Assembly (NCBI GenBank): GCA_963745955.1
Contig: CAVUZI010000001.1
Span: 31,773 to 95,772 of the forward strand
Length of the DNA stretch: 64,000 nt
Direction of reading: 5' to 3'
DNA from: an uncultured Acidimicrobiaceae bacterium
GTDB lineage: Bacteria > Actinomycetota > Acidimicrobiia > Acidimicrobiales > RAAP-2
The notes under the pieces are model-generated. The model did not search any database and was not told the origin of the DNA. It saw only the letters and a list, made by a program, of their open reading frames with translations. Below, piece after piece: positions 57,383 through 64,000 of the stretch (its first letter is position 1; every line of letters begins with the position of its first letter). The position numbers and the translations under genes were made by a program.

Positions 57383-58210
57383 TCACGGGCGCGGCCGGCC
57401 CTCCCTCCTGACCCGGAGCCACGTGGTCCCGATCACCCGCCCGTACTGCAGCCCGAAGAACAGGTTGCCGCCCTTCTTGGACGTGCCCGAAGCCCGGGGA
57501 TGCCACACGGTGGGCTGCTGGGAGATCCGCCAGCCCCGGCTCGACGCGGTGATCACCACCTCGGCCGTCTGGTACTGGTCCTGGATCAGATGCGGGGCGA
57601 TGTCGTTGAGCAGCTCGATCTTGAAGGCCCGGTAGCCGTTGGACGAGTCGGTCAGTTGCTGGCGCGAGATCTCGTTGAGGATCCACGCATAGAGCTTCAC
57701 GCCGGCCCGGCGGAACCGGTCGGTGGTGTGGTCGACCCCGAGCCGCCGTGAGGCGATGACGAAGTCGGAGACGTCGTCGAGCAGCGGCTGCACGATCGAG
57801 GGGAGCTCGGAAGGATCGTTCTGCCCGTCGGCGTCGAGGGTGACGACGTAGCGGGCGCCGTAGGTGGCGGCCAGTTCGTAGCCGAGCTTGAGGGCGGCCC
57901 CCTGGCCCAGGTTCACCGGCAGCACGCAGGTGAAGACCCCGGCGTCGAGAGCCACGGCCGCGGTGTCGTCGGTCCCGCCGTCCACCACCACCAGGGTCGT
58001 GACCTCGAGATCGCCGACCATGGTGGGCATGGCCTTGAGCACGTCCCCGATGTTCTGTTCCTCCTCGTAGGCGGCGACCAGGGCCACGATGGGAGAGAAC
58101 CGAGCCTGCGGATACCGGGTCTGCGAATGCCTCCCGGGCGCTGTCCAGGGTGAACCGCTGCAGTTGCGGCGATCCGCTTGCGCCCCCGTGAGTCCGGGCG
58201 CGTGACCCAC
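57383..58210 (-). CDS. GT2-family glycosyltransferase (dolichyl-phosphate-sugar synthase-like)
   Basis: Track ORF 57383..58210(-). Contains VALVAAYEEEQNIGDVL, LVVVDGGTDDT, VTLDADGQNDP (DxD) and NGYRAF. The start is uncertain. Confidence 0.7.
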   Translation of the reverse strand: MGHAPGLTGAQADRRNCSGSPWTAPGRHSQTRYPQARFSPIVALVAAYEEEQNIGDVLKAMPTMVGDLEVTTLVVVDGGTDDTAAVALDAGVFTCVLPVNLGQGAALKLGYELAATYGARYVVTLDADGQNDPSELPSIVQPLLDDVSDFVIASRRLGVDHTTDRFRRAGVKLYAWILNEISRQQLTDSSNGYRAFKIELLNDIAPHLIQDQYQTAEVVITASSRGWRISQQPTVWHPRASGTSKKGGNLFFGLQYGRVIGTTWLRVRREGRPRP

Positions 58211-58232
58211 CGGTGACGTTGGGTGGGCGCCA

Positions 58233-58799
58233 TCAGAAGATGTGGGGGTTGTCGAAGATGGCCCGGACCTTGGGCTCGAAATGGGACAGCGGCTCGGTCG
58301 GGAACTCCGGGTCGAAGCTGTTCTGGTCCCACTCGTCGGCGAACCGCTCGGCCAACTCGTACCAGGGCTCCTCCCGGTACCGCGACCGCATGTCGGGGTC
58401 CATACTGAAGTGGTGGTAGTAGTGACGACCCTGGAAGTCCTGATGGGCGGCGATGGCCGCGGTGACCTCCGGGCGCACGTAGGGGCGGAGGATCTCCGCG
58501 GCGATCCGCGGGTGGTTGGGCACGCACACCGCCTTGCCGATGTCGTGGCAGAGGGACGCCACCACCATCTCGTCGTCCGCGCCCGCCCGTTCGGCCCGGG
58601 TGGCCGTCTGCAGGCAGTGGGTCAGCTGGTCGACGCCGAACCCGTCGTACACGTCGGACAGCGACTCCAGCATCCACAGGATCCGATCGGCCACCCTCGT
58701 CTGGTTCTTCACCGTCTCGGTCCCGATCACCATCCACTCGTCGCGGGTGGAGACGTCCATGCGGGTGAACGACGTTCGAGGGTCAGTCGATGTGCTCAT
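58233..58799 (-). CDS. HD-domain protein (PhnZ/MIOX-like metal-dependent enzyme)
   Basis: Track ORF 58233..58835(-). Start at MSTSTD (ATG 58799). LTHCLQTATRAERAGADDEMVVASLCHDIGK carries the H...HD ligands, with later H residues in AAHQDF and HYYHHF. Confidence 0.65.
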   Translation of the reverse strand: MSTSTDPRTSFTRMDVSTRDEWMVIGTETVKNQTRVADRILWMLESLSDVYDGFGVDQLTHCLQTATRAERAGADDEMVVASLCHDIGKAVCVPNHPRIAAEILRPYVRPEVTAAIAAHQDFQGRHYYHHFSMDPDMRSRYREEPWYELAERFADEWDQNSFDPEFPTEPLSHFEPKVRAIFDNPHIF

Positions 58800-58852
58800 G
58801 CCCCCATTCTCGCACCAAAGTGCGCTCCCGGGCACCTATGAGGCAGCTGAGA

Positions 58853-59951
58853 TCAGAGGGCCAGGCGCTCGAGCACGTCCGAAGCCGCCGTCTCACGGTC
58901 CTCGGCCAGTACCCTCGTGCCCGTTTCCCCCCCGTCCTGGTCCACGCCGGGCGGCGGCCCGACGGGGACGCCGTTGACCAGGCTGAGCGCCACCTCGAGG
59001 CCCCGCAGCAGTTCACGCAGCTCGGGAGGGGGCGGGAAGTACTCCTCTTCCACGGTCACCGAGCGAGCGGTGGGCGCCGTGCACGGGATCGAGCCGATCG
59101 ACGACCGCCTGCACCAGGGCCTCGGGCGCCGACGCGCCGGCAGTGACACCGACGGTGCCCGAGAGGTCGTCCGGAAGCTCTGAGGCATCGTTGACCCGGA
59201 CCACCCGGGGACAGCCGAACGTGATCGCCACCTGTTGCAGGGCCACGGTATTGGAGGAGTTCTCCGAGCCGATGATGACCACGGCGTCGACCATCCCGGC
59301 CAGCGACTTGAGGGCGGCCTGTCGGTTGGTGGTGGCGAAGCACAGGTCGCTGCGATTGGGCATCCACAGGTCGGGGAACCGTTGCCGGGCCCGGTCGACG
59401 ATGCCGGACCACTCATCGTGGCTGAGGGTGGTCTGGGCCAGCAGGGCCACCATCGGTTCGGCATCGCCGGCGCCGGCGCCGGCCAGGTCGCCGAGGTCGT
59501 CCACGTCCTCGACCCGTTCGAGCAGGCGCACCGCCTCCGGCGCCACCGCCATGGTGCCGACCGCCTCCTCGTGACCGTGGTGGCCGACGTAGAGGACGGT
59601 GTACCCCTTGCGGGCCCGCACCTTCAACTCGTGATGGACCTTGGTCACCAGCGGACAGACCGCATCGACCACCACCCGGCCGTTGGTCCGGGCGGCGGCG
59701 ACCACGCCCGGGGCCGAACCGTGGGCCGACAGCATCAGCGGGGCGCCGGCGGGTACGTCGTCGACATCGTCCACGAAGACGACCCCCTGCGCCCGGAACT
59801 GGTCCACGACGTGCCGGTTGTGGACGATCTCGTGATAGCAGTACACCGGCGGCTCGAAGACCCGGACCATCCAGGCCAGGGCCTTGATCGCCTTCTCCAC
59901 CCCGGCGCAGAATCCCCTCGGTTCGGCGAGCACCACTCGGTCGACGGGCAC
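58853..59951 (-). pseudogene. ispH: 4-hydroxy-3-methylbut-2-enyl diphosphate reductase, one frameshift near the 3' end
   Basis: ORF 59013..59951(-): AEPRGFCAGVEKAI, YHEIVHN, CPLVTKVH, QTTLS, IGSENSSNT, VTAGASAPE. The natural C-terminus (SVTVEEEYFPPPPELRELL...LERLAL*, ending at 58853) is in the frame of ORF 58853..59464(-). The switch lies in ~59065-59095. Confidence 0.9.
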
Positions 59952-60028
59952 CGGTCCAGGCTACCGGCGTCCCCGGTCCCGCCGGACCCGCGGCGTGGGA
60001 GGCGAAGGGGACCGGGTAACCTGGGACG

Positions 60029-61456
60029 ATGTCGGCGCCCAGAGTGACGACGGCACCCAAGGTCGTGGCCGTCTCCGAGTCCTCAGCGGCCGACCTCTCC
60101 GGCCTGCGACCGGGCGACGAGATCCTCCTCCTCAACGGCCGGTCGCCGCGTGACGTGATCGAGTACAGCCTGCTGGTGGACGAACCCGACCTCGACCTGG
60201 TCGTACGCCGCCGCGGCGTCGACGAGCCCTTGGCCATCCGGGTGGCGAAGGAGGCGGGGGAGCCGCTCGGCGCCGAGGTGTCCTCGGCCGTCTTCGACCG
60301 GGTCCGGACGTGCGACAACCACTGCGAGTTCTGCTTCATCCATCAACTCCCGAAGGGGATGCGACGCAGCCTGTCGCTGAAGGACGACGACTACCGGCTC
60401 TCCTTCCTCTACGGCAACTTCACCACCCTGACCCGGTTCACCGAGATGGACCTCGAGCGGGTGCTCACCGAGCACCTCAGCCCACTGTTCGTCTCCATCC
60501 ACGCCACCGATCCCGACATCCGGGCCGGGCTGTTGCGCAACCGGCGCGGGGCGACCAGCCTGCGCTGGTTGGGGGCCCTGCTCGAGGGGGGGATCGAGGT
60601 CCACGGGCAGGTCGTCGTGTGCCCGGACCGCAACGACGGGGCCGTCCTGTACGACACGCTGGCCGGTGTGCTCGACCGCTATCCCACCCTGGCCACGGTG
60701 GCCTGCGTGCCCCTCGGGGTGAGCCGGTTCTCCCACGAGGAGGCCATGCGCCCCCACACCACGGAGGAGGCGGCTGCCGTCTGTGACGCGGTGGAGATGT
60801 GGCAGGACACCTTCGTCACCGCCATCGGGAGGCGGATGGTGTTCGCGGCCGACGAGTACTACCTCATGGCCGAACGGCCCTTCCCGCCGGCGCGCACCTA
60901 CGAGGGATTCCCCCAGCACGAGAACGGGCTCGGCATGGCCCGCGCCTTCGAGGCCGCGTTCGGCGGGGACGAGCGGGCCGCCCTCGGCGTCAGGCCCGGG
61001 TTCTTCGCCGCCGTCGACGGTGCTCCTGCGGCCGGCTACCGGGCCCCCCGGTCGGCCGAAGCGGCCCGGCCGACCCCTTCGGCGGCGCCGATCGCCATCC
61101 TCACCGGCGAGTACGGAGCGCGGGTGCTCGGTCCGCTGGTGGACTCCTTGTCACGCGACGACATCCGGCTGGTGCCGGTGGTCAACCATTTCTTCGGGGG
61201 CAACATCGGCGTGTCGGGCCTGCTCACCGGCACCGACCTCGTCGACGTGCTCTCGGCCCAGCCCGAGGGGCATCGCTACCTGCTTCCGGACTCCTGCCTG
61301 TCGGAGGGCCGGTTCCTCGACGACCTGACCGTCGCCGATCTCCCGCGACCCGTCGAGGTGGTCCCCACCGACGGTCTCTCCCTCCGCCGGGCACTCGACG
61401 GCTGGACGCCGGCCGGCGCCGGCCGGGTGCCGGTGGCCCTTGGAGCCTCCCGATGA
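60029..61456 (+). CDS. DUF512 family protein with N-terminal PDZ-like and radical-SAM-like CxxxCxxC region
   Basis: Track ORF 60029..61456 (475 aa). PDZ-like LRPGDEILLLNGRSPRDVIEY. CDNHCEFCF (CxxxCxxC). YRLSFLYGNFTTLT. The C-terminal FFGGNIGVSGLLTG is typical of the DUF512 proteins often encoded next to der. Confidence 0.7.
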   Translation: MSAPRVTTAPKVVAVSESSAADLSGLRPGDEILLLNGRSPRDVIEYSLLVDEPDLDLVVRRRGVDEPLAIRVAKEAGEPLGAEVSSAVFDRVRTCDNHCEFCFIHQLPKGMRRSLSLKDDDYRLSFLYGNFTTLTRFTEMDLERVLTEHLSPLFVSIHATDPDIRAGLLRNRRGATSLRWLGALLEGGIEVHGQVVVCPDRNDGAVLYDTLAGVLDRYPTLATVACVPLGVSRFSHEEAMRPHTTEEAAAVCDAVEMWQDTFVTAIGRRMVFAADEYYLMAERPFPPARTYEGFPQHENGLGMARAFEAAFGGDERAALGVRPGFFAAVDGAPAAGYRAPRSAEAARPTPSAAPIAILTGEYGARVLGPLVDSLSRDDIRLVPVVNHFFGGNIGVSGLLTGTDLVDVLSAQPEGHRYLLPDSCLSEGRFLDDLTVADLPRPVEVVPTDGLSLRRALDGWTPAGAGRVPVALGASR

Positions 61457-62842
61457 CCGCGGGTGTGGCCGAACAGGTCCCCGACAAGCGTGACCGACCG
61501 CTGGTCGTCATCGCCGGACGACCCAACGTCGGCAAGTCGACCCTCGTCAACCGCATCGTCGGACGGCGCGCGGCCGTCGTCGAGGAACGACCCGGGGTCA
61601 CCCGTGACCGCAAGGAGCTCGACGCCGAATGGTGCGGGCATCCCTTCACCGTGGTCGACACCGGAGGGTGGCTCTCCTCCCTCGATCCCCTGGACGCCCA
61701 GGTGACCGCCCAGGCGGAGCGGGCCATCGCCGAAGCCGACGTGGTCCTGTTGGTGGTGGACGTGACCGTCGGCATCATCGACGAGGACATGGCCGTCGCC
61801 CGCGTGCTCAAGCGGTCGGGCCGGCCCGTGCGGGTGGTGGTCAACAAGGTGGACTCGTCCCAACGCGAGGCGGACGCCTGGAACGCCATGTCGCTCGGGC
61901 TCGGAGACCCCTGGCCCGTCAGTGCCCTCCACGGGCGGGGGACCGGGGACCTCCTCGACGATGTCGTGCGTCTCCTGCCCGAGCCGAGCGAGGTTGACGA
62001 CGGCACCGAGGACGGCCCCGCCGATGACCCAGGTGCTCCGCAGGCCGAGGCCGTCCCGAGGGTGGCCCTGGTGGGTCGGCCCAACGTCGGGAAATCGACG
62101 CTGTTCAACCGGCTGGTCGGTGACGAGCGATCGGTCACCCACGACGCCCCCGGCACCACGCGGGACGCGGTGGACACCGTGGTCGAGACGCCCGAAGGAA
62201 CGGTCTGCTTCGTCGACACCGCCGGCATGCGTCGCAAGTCGCGGACCGAACGCGGCACCGAGTACTTCTCGGTCCTGCGGGCCCTCGACGCCCTCGACCG
62301 GGCCGACATCGCCCTGCTCGTCATCGACGCCACGGCCGGAGTCACCCATCAGGACCAACGTCTGGCCGAACGGATCGGCGCCGCCGGCTGCCCGACCGTC
62401 GTGGTGCTCAACAAGTGGGAGCTGATCGCCACCGAGGACCGCAACGACATCCTGGTCGATATCGGCGACCGCCTCGCCTTCCTCGGCGCCGCGCCGGTCC
62501 TCAAGATCAGCGCGCTGTCCGGGCTTGGGGGTCCACAACATCCTGCCCGCGGTGGCCGCGGCCGAAGAGGCGTACCACTCGCGGATCCCCACCGGTGAGC
62601 TCAACCGCGCCCTGAAGTCGATCCAGATGGCCCATCCACCGGTCGGGGCCAAGATCCAGTACGCGGTCCAAGGGGCCAACGACCCGCCCACGTTCACGCT
62701 CTTCACCAACGGAAGACTGCAGCCCACCTATCTCCGCTATGTCGAGCGCGGCCTCCGCGAGCGATTCGAACTGGGCCCGACGCCGATCAAGCTGCGGGTC
62801 CGGGCCAAAGGAGCGAACGGCGGTGGGGGTCGACGGCGATGA
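61453..62842 (+). pseudogene. der: Ribosome-biogenesis GTPase Der (EngA), one frameshift at the GGGGG run 62527-62531
   Basis: ATG 61453 overlaps the upstream stop (ATGA). Two G domains: GRPNVGKSTLVNR/DTGG/NKVD and GRPNVGKSTLFNR/DTAG/NKWE. After ISALSG the KH-like C-terminus (LGVHNILPAVAAAEEAYHSRIPTGELNRAL...PPTFTLFTN...YLRYVERGLRE) is in the frame of ORF 62525..62842. Confidence 0.9.
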
Positions 62843-62929
62843 ACCCGGTCCGCCTTCGGCGCGTCGAGACGGGGGCCGTCGACAGGCGGGCGGCGTCTGT
62901 CTCCTGCGCTTCCCCGGGGAGGACGATCC

Positions 62930-63127
62930 GTGCCCTGGTGTGAGCAGTGCGACCAGCGCCTCGAGGACGAGGAACTGACCGAGGAGGGCACCTGCCCCGA
63001 CTGCGGGTCGGAGCCCCTCGAGCACCGCAAGTCTCCCTGGTACTTCAAGTTCATGCTGGTGGCCAGCGTCATCTACCTCGGATACCGGGCCTTCCAGGGG
63101 GTCACCTGGGTGGTCCATCACGTCTGA
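62930..63127 (+). CDS. Small (65 aa) zinc-ribbon protein with C-terminal TM helix
   Basis: Track ORF 62930..63127 (GTG start). CEQC...18 residues...CPDC, followed by WYFKFMLVASVIYLGYRAF. Confidence 0.45.
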   Translation: MPWCEQCDQRLEDEELTEEGTCPDCGSEPLEHRKSPWYFKFMLVASVIYLGYRAFQGVTWVVHHV

Positions 63128-63214
63128 CGACCTGTCCGTGGCGCGGCCGGCCACCGGAATTGGGCGCGCCGGGGCCGGACTACCTATGATCGCGGCCATG
63201 ACGGCCGGAGCGCG

Positions 63215-64000
63215 ATGTCATCAGCCGTAGATCTGAGGGGCGTCGACCTCAGCGACGCCAACCTCGCCGGGGTCGACCTCCAGGGTCGGAACCTGGCCGG
63301 GGCCGCGCTGACCGGTGCTGACCTGACCGGTGCAAATCTCCGAGGTACCGATCTGACCGACGCCGACCTGACCGGCGCGTTCCTGACGGGTACCGAGTTG
63401 ACCGGGGCGGACCTGACCGGCGCGGGCCTGTGCAATGCCAAACTGCGGGACCGCGACCTGACCCACACGACGTTGGTCGGTGCCGTGCTGACCGACGCCG
63501 ACCTGTCGGGCGCGGATCTGAGCGAGGCCAACCTGTCAGGAGCCGACCTGAGGCACGCCCGGCTCAGCGGCACAGATCTGAGTCGTGCCGACCTGACGGG
63601 AGCAAACCTGGCCCACGCCAACCTGTCGGGCGCCTACCTGATCGGCGCCGACCTCACCGACGCCGATCTGTCCGATGCCGACCTGGGCAAGGCCAATCTG
63701 TCCGATGCGAACCTCTCCGGGACCAACCTCACCGACGCCAACCTCGGCAAGGTGGATCTGACCGAAGTCGACCTGTCGGGAGCCGACCTGACCGGCGCCA
63801 ACCTGGGCAAGGCCAATCTCACCGACGCCGACCTGTCCGACGCCGACCTGGGCAAGGCCAACCTGACCGATGCCGATCTGTCCGGTGCCGACCTGTCCAA
63901 CGCAGACCTGGGCAAGGTCAACCTGACCGACGTCGACCTGTCGGGGGCCGATCTGACGGGCGCCAAATTGACCGGGGCCGACCTCACCGGGGCCGTCCTC
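63215..64000 (+). CDS. Pentapeptide-repeat protein, 5' part (runs off the right edge)
   Basis: My own translation from ATG 63215, with no stop to the window end (absent from the track): MSSAVDLRGVDLSDANLAGVDLQGRNLAGAALTGADLTGANLRGTDLTDADLTGAFLTG...LGKANLTDADLSDADLGKANLTDADLSGADL.... It is an uninterrupted A(D/N)LXX pentapeptide periodicity for more than 260 aa. Confidence 0.85.
   Translation, partial: MSSAVDLRGVDLSDANLAGVDLQGRNLAGAALTGADLTGANLRGTDLTDADLTGAFLTGTELTGADLTGAGLCNAKLRDRDLTHTTLVGAVLTDADLSGADLSEANLSGADLRHARLSGTDLSRADLTGANLAHANLSGAYLIGADLTDADLSDADLGKANLSDANLSGTNLTDANLGKVDLTEVDLSGADLTGANLGKANLTDADLSDADLGKANLTDADLSGADLSNADLGKVNLTDVDLSGADLTGAKLTGADLTGAVL

Noticed and set aside
63184-63987. 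Minus-strand ORFs 63184..63621 and 63634..63987, with Ser/Ala/Arg/Pro-rich translations repeating SAPVRSAPDRSA.
   Set aside because: They are the antisense image of the plus-strand pentapeptide-repeat gene. The plus frame gives a textbook A(D/N)LXX repeat, while the minus frames are low-complexity shadows.
63215-64000. A strongly periodic DNA repeat that could at first glance suggest a CRISPR or other repeat array.
   Set aside because: The period is 15 nt, there are no unique spacers, and the whole stretch is one open coding frame. It is codon-level repetition of a pentapeptide-repeat protein.

Overview
This is a 64-kb stretch of a high-GC, Actinomycetota-type chromosome. I read 56 protein-coding genes. 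I found no rRNA, tRNA, CRISPR array, transposase or prophage. All family calls rest on motifs I recognise by eye, so start codons are approximate and nothing was searched against a database.

Layout:
- (1) Positions 1 to ~15.6 kb are visibly lower in G+C. Hand counts of single 60-nt lines gave 53-65 % here, ~67 % at 16-19 kb and 73-78 % at 23 and 55 kb. This part is packed with membrane glycosyltransferases that use lipid-linked sugars: two tandem GT87 genes, a YfhO-family protein, an ArnT/PMT-like GT-C protein, and a further polytopic protein at the left edge. With them are a GT2 enzyme, a CmcI-like methyltransferase, an M48 peptidase and an orphan gene.
- (2) 15.6-38.5 kb holds several separate modules:
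  - a FUSC-family exporter;
  - a translationally coupled cassette of nucleotide-sugar dehydrogenase, GT2 and SDR;
  - a lipoprotein followed by a MacB-type ABC exporter;
  - a PAP2 phosphatase beside another large membrane protein;
  - a BcsA-like GT2 synthase with a PilZ domain, next to an AT3-SGNH acyltransferase;
  - a DoxX-Rieske fusion upstream of a histidine-box acyl desaturase.
- (3) 38.5-63 kb is conserved actinobacterial core. It contains tlyA-nadK-recN-pyrG-nudix-xerD and scpA-scpB-rluB-aroH-tyrA-aroA-cmk-plsC, plus ispH, a DUF512 gene, der and trpS. It ends in a pentapeptide-repeat gene that runs off the right edge.

Main observations:
- The left-hand glycan island and the PilZ-synthase module are the best candidates for undescribed envelope-polymer systems.
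- At least 20 reading-frame breaks interrupt otherwise recognisable genes, many of them essential. About 17 of them lie between 38.8 and 50.8 kb. Most are single-base indels and are most simply explained as consensus or assembly errors.
- One break, however, is caused by a perfect 17-bp tandem duplication.
- Short tandem duplications of 17-30 bp recur across the window.
- Two paralogous lipoprotein genes share an identical TATATT-N6-ATG leaderless-type start architecture.
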